Positions 46,877 to 58,193 of a stretch of 64,000 bases of DNA are shown piece by piece. The position numbers and the translations under genes were made by a program. Under the pieces are notes generated by a model that was not told the origin of the DNA, made no database searches, and was given only the letters and a program-made list of their open reading frames with translations. The first letter of the stretch is position 1. Every line of letters starts with the position of its first letter. Source of the stretch: an uncultured bacterium (lineage in GTDB: Bacteria > Nitrospirota > Thermodesulfovibrionia > Thermodesulfovibrionales > JdFR-86); NCBI GenBank assembly GCA_965372535.1, contig CBDVCR010000001.1, positions 11,290 through 75,289 on the forward strand, written 5' to 3'.

Positions 46877-48745
46877 TTACCCGCGTGCCTTCTCGTGTCT
46901 GTTCCTTTTCCGGTGCGCTATCAGGAACATGACGATGCCCGCAAGGACAATAATGCCGCCTAAGGAGGCCCTGGGAAACTTTATTCCATAGACAATCGGC
47001 GCAAGCGCCCGCCTAGTGGCGACCCTCAGCGCTTCGTGTCTTGAGATAAAGTCCGCCGCCTGCGGAGACAGCCTGTAGTAGGCGGCCACGAACGCCCTGC
47101 CCGGAAGGCTGCCAAGCAGGTATTCGTCCCTGAATTTCCTGAGCACCACTACATCGGGAGCCAGGGAGCTTCCGTAAGCGGCGGTTGCTATGAAGCATGC
47201 ATACGGGGAGGGGATTGTCGAATCCATGGAACCGGGTGGAGTCACGTCGGTGCCTGTGCCTCCCTGGTCTTGTCCCGGGTCCGCTGAAACGGTAATAACC
47301 GTCTCGCCGCTTGCCGATGCTCCGCCGTCGTCCGTAAACCGGACTTTTGCCGTGAAGGTGCCGGGGGTCTGATAGGTATGAGAGACGGGGCTTGCGGCGG
47401 TCTGGGCGTCGAAAACTCCGTTTCCGTCAAAGTCCCACTCGTACAGGACTATCTTTCCGTCGGGGTCCGAGACCACGGTGGAAAAAACCACCGTTAACGG
47501 CGCTGTTCCCGCATTGGGCGAGGTTTTGACCGAGGAGACGACCGGAGGTTCGTTCAGCGCGGAGGTTGCCGTTATCGTCACCGGAGGCGATATGGTCGAG
47601 GCCCCGCCGTTGTCCGTGATTTTCAGGCGCACGTTGCAGGCGCCTTCGTTTGAATATATATGGGACGCGCTCGATACCGCGCCCGTGTTCTCATCGAATG
47701 TGCCGTCGCCGTCAAAGTCCCACTCGAAGGCGACGACGGCGCCGTCGGGGTCCGATGCCTGTGCCGTAAAGTCCACGAGGAGGGGGACGGTCCCGGTCGC
47801 GGGGGCTGCTGAAAAAGCGGTTATCACGGGGGAGAGGTTCGATGTCGTGAAAGAGTGTTCCGCCGACATGGCCTCGTTGCCCGCTGCGTCGGCGGACCTG
47901 ACCCTGAAGACGTAGGTGGTAAAGCTCGAAAGCCCCGTAATCTCCACGGAATGCATGGTGACCGGGTCGGAAACAAGTGGGGTGATGCTCCCGTAAGCTG
48001 AGGCAAGGCCGTGTTCGACCCTGGAGGACGAGGGCTCGTCGGTCGTCCAGGAGATAATCGCCGAAGAGTCTGTAATGCTTGCGGTCTGTACCGCGGTTAT
48101 TACCGGAGGCGTCGTATCCAGCGGGTCGGACGTGGTGAAGGTATGGGTTTCCGAGACTGCCGCGTTGCCTGCGGCGTCGGCGCTCAGTACCCGGTAGTAG
48201 TACTGTGTTGAAGGCGAAAGGCCGCTTACGCCCTGGGAGTGGGTGGTGACAGGCGAAGGGTCGAGGGCGGTGGAGCTTCCGAGGGCGAGGGTTGCGCCGT
48301 ATTCCACACGGGTGTCGGAAGCCTCGTCAGTGGTCCAGTTTATGGTCGCGCTCTCGACGGTAACGTCCCCGGCGTAGACCCCGGAAATCACCGGGGCGGA
48401 GGTATCCGCGGTTGCCGGGGTCATACTGGCCTCGTTTGAGTACGCGCTTTCATTGCCCGCCGAGTCGTAAGCACTGGTCGCGAAATAGTAGGTGAGGCCG
48501 TTTGTGAGGCCGGTGACCCGGTAGGTTGTCACTTTTCCAACGTCTATGCTCGACGAATAACCGCCGCTTGCGGCGCCGTAGTACACCCTGAAGCCCGCAA
48601 GGTCGCCCAGCGCCGTGCCGTCCTCGTTAGTTGTGGGCGCGTCCCAGGCAAGGGTGGCCTCGCCAGCGAACGCGGAGGCGACTAAAACAAAGGTCAAAAA
48701 GACAATCAAACAAACTGTTGCTGTACTTTTTCCGTTTCTTTTCAA
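46877..48745 (-). CDS. large secreted FN3/PKD-repeat surface protein with a C-terminal CFIATAAYGS-type sorting-like domain
   Basis: The TTG start at 48745 follows a GGGGAGGA RBS. A signal peptide is followed by FN3 modules and two PKD-like modules (..FDGDG[TV]FD..). The tail is ACFIATAAYGS..LRKFRDEYL.. plus a transmembrane helix and HRKRNRHEKARG. Confidence 0.8.
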   Translation of the reverse strand: MKRNGKSTATVCLIVFLTFVLVASAFAGEATLAWDAPTTNEDGTALGDLAGFRVYYGAASGGYSSSIDVGKVTTYRVTGLTNGLTYYFATSAYDSAGNESAYSNEASMTPATADTSAPVISGVYAGDVTVESATINWTTDEASDTRVEYGATLALGSSTALDPSPVTTHSQGVSGLSPSTQYYYRVLSADAAGNAAVSETHTFTTSDPLDTTPPVITAVQTASITDSSAIISWTTDEPSSSRVEHGLASAYGSITPLVSDPVTMHSVEITGLSSFTTYVFRVRSADAAGNEAMSAEHSFTTSNLSPVITAFSAAPATGTVPLLVDFTAQASDPDGAVVAFEWDFDGDGTFDENTGAVSSASHIYSNEGACNVRLKITDNGGASTISPPVTITATSALNEPPVVSSVKTSPNAGTAPLTVVFSTVVSDPDGKIVLYEWDFDGNGVFDAQTAASPVSHTYQTPGTFTAKVRFTDDGGASASGETVITVSADPGQDQGGTGTDVTPPGSMDSTIPSPYACFIATAAYGSSLAPDVVVLRKFRDEYLLGSLPGRAFVAAYYRLSPQAADFISRHEALRVATRRALAPIVYGIKFPRASLGGIIVLAGIVMFLIAHRKRNRHEKARG

Positions 48746-48764
48746 GATATCCTCCCCTTTCAAC

Positions 48765-48893
48765 AAAAAAAGCCGCCAGAGAAATATCTCTGGCGGCACG
48801 GCGGGCATGGGACAGCTTATCTCCGGGCCGTCCTTTAGCCCCGTTGCTCTGCGTCCCCGGGTTTCCCCGGGTTTGCTCTGAGCAGAGAAGAAC
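48765..48893 (-). promoter_or_regulatory. GEMM-I (cyclic-dinucleotide) riboswitch-like leader with intrinsic terminator, upstream of the FN3/PKD gene
   Basis: It has the same architecture as 45221-45345, with compensatory base-pair changes. The terminator GCCGCCAGAGA..UCUCUGGCGGC-U7 ends about 20 nt before the RBS. Confidence 0.8.
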
Positions 48894-48941
48894 CGTTGTT
48901 TTCCGTTCTGTGTTAATTTAAACGAACCGGATGGAAAAAAC

Positions 48942-48957
48942 TGTAATTCAAATCACA
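48942..48957 (-). promoter_or_regulatory. CRP/FNR-type box TGTAATTCAAATCACA
   Basis: One mismatch; centred about 41 bp upstream of the predicted leader start. Confidence 0.65.
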
Positions 48958-49038
48958 ATTTTATCTTGAGTCTAATAGAAGGGGAGTGGTATCGAGAACC
49001 ACGCGCAAGGAAGTGAAAGCGGGAAAAGGGGCGTTTCT

Positions 49039-51318
49039 TCAGGGAGGGGGCTGCCGGGATTTCAGGGCTTTTTCGAGGGCCTTGACGACCGAAGGGTCGT
49101 AGATTGTGCACGAGCCCTTTTTTATTTCCTGCAGTGCTTCTTTCTTTGTGAATTTTTTCCCGTACGGCCTTTCCCTCGTCATTGCCGAGAATGCGTCGAT
49201 AACGGAGATGGCCCGTGAAATGAGGGGTATTTCCTCCCCCCTCAGACCGTCCGGATAGCCCGAGCCGTCGTACCTTTCATGGTGGTGGAGTATGGCGTCC
49301 CTGGCTTTTTCGGAAAACTCAAAGTCGTCCAGCAGGGTTACGGTCGTGTACGGATGGACCCTTAGGGTGCGGGCCTCGGCGGGAGAGAGTTTGGTGCTCT
49401 TCTCAAGAATGCTTTGGTCGATAAACATAAGCCCGAGGTCGTATATCATGGAGACGTAAACCGCGAGGGCCTTTTCCCCCTCCTCGACTCCGAGGTCGTC
49501 CATGACGTCCGAGATAAGGTCAGGGAACAACTTCTTCTTTTTATGGTATCTCTTTTCGGCGTCAAGGAGGCCCTGGAAGGACGTGATGAACTGTTTGAAA
49601 TCATATTCCACGGGGCCGTCCATGGAGAACTTTTCGAAAAAATGCGAAACCCTTTCGACCACCTCGAGGGCGATATAAAGGTCGCGGACCGTGAAGGGGG
49701 ATGAGGTCCTCTTGTTGTTGAGGTTGAGCACCCCTATTGCCTTGTCCCGCAGCTTTATAGGCACTGAAATAAGGGATTTCGTGTTGTACCGCGGATTGTT
49801 CTTCCTTCCGAAACGCGGGTCGCTCTCTATGTCTTCTATGAGCAGTGGTCTGCCCTCGATGGCAACCCACCCGGAAATCCTGTCGCTGAACCGTATTCTC
49901 GTCCGCTTTATGACGTCTTCGGAAAGCCCCATGGCCCCCTTAATCGTAAGTTCCCCCGACAGGTCGTCGCTGAGCATGATGGAACAGACGTTGACGTCGA
50001 GCAGGTCCGAGATGAACTCGATGAACAGTTCCATGGCGGTGTTGACGACGGCCTCCCTTTTTTCCCTTTTTCCTTTTGGGATTGTCAGGGTGACGTGGAA
50101 TTTGTCGTTAATGTTTTGCGCTGTCATTTCCCACCTGTGAAACTCCGCCACCTTCCGGGCAAGGTAGAAGTTCAGGCCCTCCCGGGGATGGTCCGACTGG
50201 AAGATGTATCCTGTTGTGGCGAGGTAGGGCAGTATCGCCTCGGGCATCTTTCTGGGGACGACCAAATCCACGTCTATGAAATTGTTCTCGTGGATGCTCA
50301 GGTCAATTGCGTCTCCGGTCTCAAGGTGGTGGCTGAGGCCCTCCATGAGGTTCAGAAAGAACTGGGCGAGCCTGGTCTTGTCGGCAGCGATGTACGATAT
50401 GTCCTTTTTGATGTCCGTTTCGAGCCTCAGGTCCTTTTTCGCGAGCAAGGAGTTCAGCATCCTGGAGTTTACGAGCTCCTCTATGAGGTCGGCGAGGTTC
50501 ACAACCGTCTTTCTTACCGCCCTCGTTTCGTCGTCAAGCCTGAGGAAATCAAGCAGGTTTTCGACGATGGAGACAAGCTTCGTTGTCTCGTCGCCGATGA
50601 TGTCGCGATATTCCCTCTGGTCGCTCGGGGGCATGTCCCCGGTCTGCTGCAAATAGTATATGGCCCCGCTGATTGAATTGAGCGGCGTCCGGAGCTCATG
50701 AGAGACATGGGTTACGAATTCGGTTTTTACGACGTCGCTCTCGATGAGTTTCTTATTCATCTCCTCAAGCTCCGCGGCCTTCGCCTTGAGCTGTTTCATC
50801 AAAAACGCGTTTTCCAGGGCGATGGCCGCCTGGTTCGCTATGATCTTAACCAGGTCGAATTCGTCTTCCGTAAAAGCTTTCTCGTCCTTCTTGTCGTTGA
50901 TGTTGATGACGCCGAGCAGCCTGCTCTTGCTTATCAGCGGGCATGAGATGAACGATTTTGTCCTGAAACGCTCTCTTGTTTCCCCCGGGAACAGGTCGCT
51001 TTCCTCGATGTTTTCGACAAGGACGGGAACGCGGTTTTTCGCCACCATGCCGGCAATCCCCTTGCCTATCTCTGTTCTGCTGCTTCTGATTTGCGGGCCG
51101 CTAACGCCTCTTGAGACAAAGACGTACAGTTCGTCCCGCTCGCTGAGAAGCATCAGGGAGCCTTTTTCGGCGTTGGCGTAGTTCAGGGCGGACTCCAGCA
51201 TGAGGTTGGCGATGGCGCTTACGTTGTCCGTGGCGACTATGGCGCTCGTGGTTTCCTGAAGTATGCAGAACTTCTTCTCGAAAAGCTCCGGATTTTGCAT
51301 AAGGCAATTATAATTCAT
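49039..51318 (-). CDS. GAF - HisKA - degenerate HATPase - GAF - HD-GYP multidomain signalling protein (cyclic-dinucleotide phosphodiesterase candidate)
   Basis: H-box FVTHVSHELRTPLNSISG is present. The kinase ATP-lid region lacks the DxGxG and GxGxG boxes. The C-terminus has HHHERYDGSGYPDGL (HD-GYP). Confidence 0.8.
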   Translation of the reverse strand: MNYNCLMQNPELFEKKFCILQETTSAIVATDNVSAIANLMLESALNYANAEKGSLMLLSERDELYVFVSRGVSGPQIRSSRTEIGKGIAGMVAKNRVPVLVENIEESDLFPGETRERFRTKSFISCPLISKSRLLGVININDKKDEKAFTEDEFDLVKIIANQAAIALENAFLMKQLKAKAAELEEMNKKLIESDVVKTEFVTHVSHELRTPLNSISGAIYYLQQTGDMPPSDQREYRDIIGDETTKLVSIVENLLDFLRLDDETRAVRKTVVNLADLIEELVNSRMLNSLLAKKDLRLETDIKKDISYIAADKTRLAQFFLNLMEGLSHHLETGDAIDLSIHENNFIDVDLVVPRKMPEAILPYLATTGYIFQSDHPREGLNFYLARKVAEFHRWEMTAQNINDKFHVTLTIPKGKREKREAVVNTAMELFIEFISDLLDVNVCSIMLSDDLSGELTIKGAMGLSEDVIKRTRIRFSDRISGWVAIEGRPLLIEDIESDPRFGRKNNPRYNTKSLISVPIKLRDKAIGVLNLNNKRTSSPFTVRDLYIALEVVERVSHFFEKFSMDGPVEYDFKQFITSFQGLLDAEKRYHKKKKLFPDLISDVMDDLGVEEGEKALAVYVSMIYDLGLMFIDQSILEKSTKLSPAEARTLRVHPYTTVTLLDDFEFSEKARDAILHHHERYDGSGYPDGLRGEEIPLISRAISVIDAFSAMTRERPYGKKFTKKEALQEIKKGSCTIYDPSVVKALEKALKSRQPPP

Positions 51319-51809
51319 TTCGTACCACGATTTTTATATATTTATTGGGATCCAAGTAATAATTAAGCAATAATTATGCCTTTTGCGTACAACCTGTAAA
51401 AAAGAATTTTCTTTTTTTTCAAGCAGGTATGGACGGCAAGGAGGAGAGGGACGCGGCCCGCCTAATAAGTGTTAACCAGGCCGACTTTCAGTGTCGCATG
51501 TGTTTACAGCCTGGGTTCCGGAAGAGCCGGAAACATTTCGAAGGGGAGCCTTTCGAACGGACGCGTTCCAGGCTAACAACAACCCTCATGGTCTGACAGA
51601 CTCTTCATAACTGTATGCTTCTTTTTCCCTTTCAACCGGGTATGGGCATGAAACGGCACTTATAGGACAAGGGCGCGTCCCTCGATGCGGGCGCGTTGTG
51701 CGTACCGCTTCGAGTAAGTCTTCCCTTGTCGTTTAACGTCCCGTTTTATCGCGTGGACGCATTTCGGCGTGCTTGGAAAACCCCGCCTTTCGGGCCGGCA
51801 TGAGCGTTT

Positions 51810-51837
51810 GCTTTACCCCCATGCGAGGGGGTAAAGC
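51810..51837. repeat. perfect 11-bp-stem hairpin next to the IS110 remnant
   Basis: gctttaccccc-atgcga-gggggtaaagc. Confidence 0.6.
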
Positions 51838-51851
51838 AACTGTGATGGATG

Positions 51852-52790
<939 letters not shown>

Positions 52791-52851
52791 TTGTTCCGTA
52801 GGGGCTAAAGAGGCGCCTTGACCGGGGGGGCGATAAAATTTTATCCTTAGC

Positions 52852-54231
52852 GTGATGAAAAAACCGTGGGCAGGAAGGTTCAGCGAGGCGACGGCAAAGG
52901 CTGTTGAGTCGTTTACGGAGTCCGTCTCGTTTGACCGCAGGCTCTGGAAGTACGATATCGAGGGCAGCATCGCCCACGCCCGCATGTTGGGCAGACAGGG
53001 AATAGTCTCAAAAAGCGAGTCCGAAAAGATTGTGAGGGGCCTTGGGGAAATCGCCTCCTCCATGGAAAAGGGGGAGTTCGCCTTCAGCGAGGAACTCGAG
53101 GACGTACACATGAACATAGAGGCCGCTTTGGTGGAAAAAATCGGCCCCGCGGGCGGCAAGCTCCACACTGCGCGTAGCCGCAACGACCAGGTGGCCCTGG
53201 ACCTCAGGCTCTATTTAAGGGCAGAGACCGACGAAATACTCGGCCTTATCGGAAGCTTGCAGGCCGCCATGCTTTCGCTTGCGGAGAGGAACATCGGCCT
53301 GATAATGCCCGGCTACACCCATATGCAGAGGGCCCAGCCCGTGCTCCTGGCCCACCACCTCCTTGCATACGTGGAGATGCTCGAAAGGGACCGGGAGAGG
53401 CTTACGGACTGCCAAAAGAGGATAAACGTTCTTCCCCTGGGGGCCGGGGCGCTTGCGGGCACGAGCCTCCCCATCGACAGGAAATACGTGGCCGAGCTTC
53501 TGGGTTTCAGGGCCGTGGCGGCAAACAGCATCGACGCGGTCTCGGACAGGGACTTCGCCCTTGAGTTCGTCTTCGCGGCAAGCATGGTCATGGCGCATTT
53601 AAGCAGGCTTTCCGAGGAACTGGTACTCTGGGCCTCTGAGGAGTTTTCGTTCGTCGAACTCCCCGACGCCTTTGCCACCGGATCGAGCATCATGCCCCAG
53701 AAGAAAAACCCCGACGTGCCGGAGCTTGTGCGGGGCAAGGCCGGGAGGGTGTACGGCGACCTCGTGGCCCTTCTGACGATAATAAAGGGGCTTCCCCTGG
53801 CCTATAACCGGGACCTCCAGGAGGACAAGCCCGCGGTGTTCGATACCGTGGACACGGTGAAGGGGTGCCTCGCGGTGCTTGCCGGGATGCTGCCCCGGCT
53901 CGGGTTCAACGAAAAGAGGATGTATGAGGCGGCCTCCAGGGCCTACTCCACTGCCACGGACGTGGCGGAATACCTGGTGGGAAAGGGCATGCCCTTCAGA
54001 GAGGCCCACGAGATGACGGGCAGGATAGTGGCTTACTGCATCGAGAAGGGCAAGGGCCTCGAGGAGCTGAAAACCGGGGAGTTCAGGAAGTTCTCCGGCC
54101 TGTTTGAAAGCGACATCTCCTCCCGTCTGAGCGCCGAGGCCTCGGTGAAATCCAGGAGTTCCGAGGGCGGCACCTCGCCCAAAGAGGTGAAGCGCCGCCT
54201 CAGAAGGCTGGCTTCCCGGATACGTAAATGA
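52852..54231 (+). CDS. argH: argininosuccinate lyase
   Basis: 459 aa with the signature [12 protein letters not shown]. Confidence 0.95.
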   Translation: MMKKPWAGRFSEATAKAVESFTESVSFDRRLWKYDIEGSIAHARMLGRQGIVSKSESEKIVRGLGEIASSMEKGEFAFSEELEDVHMNIEAALVEKIGPAGGKLHTARSRNDQVALDLRLYLRAETDEILGLIGSLQAAMLSLAERNIGLIMPGYTHMQRAQPVLLAHHLLAYVEMLERDRERLTDCQKRINVLPLGAGALAGTSLPIDRKYVAELLGFRAVAANSIDAVSDRDFALEFVFAASMVMAHLSRLSEELVLWASEEFSFVELPDAFATGSSIMPQKKNPDVPELVRGKAGRVYGDLVALLTIIKGLPLAYNRDLQEDKPAVFDTVDTVKGCLAVLAGMLPRLGFNEKRMYEAASRAYSTATDVAEYLVGKGMPFREAHEMTGRIVAYCIEKGKGLEELKTGEFRKFSGLFESDISSRLSAEASVKSRSSEGGTSPKEVKRRLRRLASRIRK

Positions 54232-55151
54232 AGCCCGGGCCGAGGCTCCTCTGTTTAGTTGTTCTTTCATCACTCGTTGTCTCATGCGGAAAGAAAGCCC
54301 CGCCGAGGTGGATAGAGCCTGTGCCGCCCCCCGCGCCTTCCGCCCTGCGTGCCGTGGTCAGGGAGGACGCCGTCGTACTCAGGTGGGATTACCCTGAAGG
54401 AAGGGTAAAAGAGGGTTTCTTGGTTATGAGGGCCGCTCCGGGTGCGGAATTCGAGGAAATAGCCGTTGTGAAGGAGCAGGCGTATATGGACAGGGATTTC
54501 CTTGCGGGCGTTGCCTATGCATACAGTGTGGCGGCCCTGGGGAGGAGGGGGATGAAAAGCGGAAGCTCCAACCGGGTTGAGGCATCCCCCCCTTCGGGTG
54601 TTGCGCCTCCCTCCGGCCTTTCCTTCTCGATTCACGAAAACGTACTGGACCTCTCCTGGGAGCGCCCCTCGGGGGACGGCATGTTTAACATATACAAGAG
54701 TGCCGGGCAGGATGCCTATCCCATTGAGCCTGTAAATTCCGAACCTCTTGCCGGGGCTTCTTTCAGAGACATCCTGTCCCCGGAAGCCGCTGTCTACTAT
54801 GCTGTAAGGGCGGTCGAGCACGGCGCGTCCGAGGGAGTGACGAAGGAAAGCGCCCCAGCAGAGCTCCGGGTAGGGCCGGAGGACTATATCCCCTCCGCCC
54901 CCGGCGGCCTTGGGGCCGCGGTCGCGGACGGCAAGGTGGTGCTTTACTGGGACGAAAGCCCCGAGACGTGGGTGAGGGGCTACAGGGTCTACCGGGCGGC
55001 GGACGGCGGGGAGTTTGTGGATATTGGGGAATCGCGGACCCCGGCGTTCAAGGACCGGGAGCCCTTCAAGGGGAAAATGCGTTACCGGGTAAGCGCACTC
55101 GGGCCTGTCGGCGAAAGCGCCCTTTCCGGGGCAATAACGGTGTCCCCATAA
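54228..55151 (+). CDS. lipoprotein with FN3-like repeats
   Basis: Lipobox LVVSC; three ..LRWDYP../..LSWERP../..LYWDESP.. modules. Confidence 0.6.
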   Translation: MKPGPRLLCLVVLSSLVVSCGKKAPPRWIEPVPPPAPSALRAVVREDAVVLRWDYPEGRVKEGFLVMRAAPGAEFEEIAVVKEQAYMDRDFLAGVAYAYSVAALGRRGMKSGSSNRVEASPPSGVAPPSGLSFSIHENVLDLSWERPSGDGMFNIYKSAGQDAYPIEPVNSEPLAGASFRDILSPEAAVYYAVRAVEHGASEGVTKESAPAELRVGPEDYIPSAPGGLGAAVADGKVVLYWDESPETWVRGYRVYRAADGGEFVDIGESRTPAFKDREPFKGKMRYRVSALGPVGESALSGAITVSP

Positions 55152-55308
55152 ATCCCTTTTCCCTTAACCGGCCGCCTGTATGAAGCATTGCTTTATATGA
55201 CAATTATGCGCTTCCTGAAGTGGGAGCATCTGTTGCTTGTAATGCCGGCGCATCTAACGCACAATGCGGATACAGGCTCCCGGCGATGTGATATAATCTG
55301 GTCACTGA

Positions 55309-56991
<1,683 letters not shown>

Positions 56992-57073
56992 GCCGCGTCA
57001 TCCCTTTGCCTGTGTGTTGAGTTCGCCCCCGTTTTTTTAGTCCGCCGGAAACGGCCTGTTTATAGGGCCGGGG

Positions 57074-57101
57074 TGGACATTTCCTTCCGCTTGTCTATAA
57101 T
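57074..57101 (+). promoter_or_regulatory. sigma-70-type promoter
   Basis: TGGACA, a 16-bp spacer, then TATAAT, about 30 bp upstream of the next CDS. Confidence 0.5.
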
Positions 57102-57131
57102 TAAAACTATGGCGCGCGTCTCAGGAGGGCC

Positions 57132-58193
57132 TTGGCCGTGAGAATCGCGGAACTTATCCTGCGGAGAGGAAGAGGCCCTTTCGCTTTGTCTCTGCTGCTT
57201 TCGCTCCCCATTGTCTGCCTTTTTACCCTTCTCCTTGCCGTCCTCCATATCTGGGAGGACGGCACGAGGCGGCGCAACTTCGAGATGCAGCTCAGGGAGT
57301 CGGCGAGGGCCCATTTCGAGCAGGTGGTGCTTACCGGGCTGTGGAACGCGCAGCACGGGGGCGTGTATGTAATGCTTGCCGAAGCAGGTTCACGCTCAAG
57401 CATGAGGGTCTCCCCGGAGGACACGGTAAATATCGGCGGCAAGCTGTACACAAAGCTCAACCCGGCGTATATCACCAGGCAGTTGTCCGAGATGGCAGCG
57501 GATAAAGGGTCTTTTATCAGGTTCCGTATATCGAGCCTTAACCCCGCTAACCCTTCCAACAGGCCCGGCAAGTGGGAGGCCCGGATGCTTCGCGCATTCG
57601 AAAACGGCGAGACGGAGGGGTACGGGATAATCGAGCAGGAGGGGTTGGAGTATTTCAGGTATATGTCCAGGCTGGTGGCAACCGAGGGATGCCTTGGCTG
57701 CCACTCGGAGCAGGGCCTGAAAGCCGGGGACATCATCGGCGGCGTAAGCGTAATCATCCCCGCGGGCCTGAACAGGGCGCTTCAGAGCGACATGAGAAGA
57801 CGGAGCATAATTGTCTTCAGCGTTATATGGGGCGCTACCGCCCTGTTAATCCTGGGCATTACATGGGTCTTGGCAAGGAGGCTCAGCCGGGGGGTCAAGA
57901 GCGAGGTGGAAGGCGAAAAACTCAAGAGCGCCGTAAGCATGGCAGGTGCGGCGGCCCACGAGCTCAGGCAGCCGCTGTCCATCATAATGGGGTTTTCCGA
58001 GCTTCTTAAGGACAAGGCGACAAACGGGGAGAACACCGACAGGGAGACCGAAATCATCATAAGCCAGTGCCGACGCATGAACGAAATCATCTCAAGGATG
58101 CTCAACGTCACCTCTTACAGGACTAAGTCCTACGGCGGCTATACCGAGATATTCGACTTCGGCCTGGAACCTGAAGAATCCTCCCGGAAATAA
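57132..58193 (+). CDS. DUF3365 (haem-binding, CxxCH) sensor domain fused to a HisKA-type dimerisation/phosphoacceptor segment, with no ATPase domain
   Basis: It has ..NPANPSNRPGKWE.., ..EGCLGCHSEQG..GGVSVIIP, a transmembrane helix and H-box AAHELRQPLSII. The protein ends about 70 aa after the H-box. The start is TTG 57132 or GTG 57138. Confidence 0.7.
   Translation: MAVRIAELILRRGRGPFALSLLLSLPIVCLFTLLLAVLHIWEDGTRRRNFEMQLRESARAHFEQVVLTGLWNAQHGGVYVMLAEAGSRSSMRVSPEDTVNIGGKLYTKLNPAYITRQLSEMAADKGSFIRFRISSLNPANPSNRPGKWEARMLRAFENGETEGYGIIEQEGLEYFRYMSRLVATEGCLGCHSEQGLKAGDIIGGVSVIIPAGLNRALQSDMRRRSIIVFSVIWGATALLILGITWVLARRLSRGVKSEVEGEKLKSAVSMAGAAAHELRQPLSIIMGFSELLKDKATNGENTDRETEIIISQCRRMNEIISRMLNVTSYRTKSYGGYTEIFDFGLEPEESSRK

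Noticed and set aside
48746-48808. The ORF-track start at 48808 for the FN3/PKD gene, and similar upstream extensions: 8734 for glmS, 42660 for prsR, 58919 for the transglutaminase gene and 5297 for the lipoprotein.
   Set aside because: The extensions run through riboswitch terminator or leader sequence, or lack an RBS. Downstream starts with good Shine-Dalgarno sequences and proper signal peptides or canonical N-termini were preferred.
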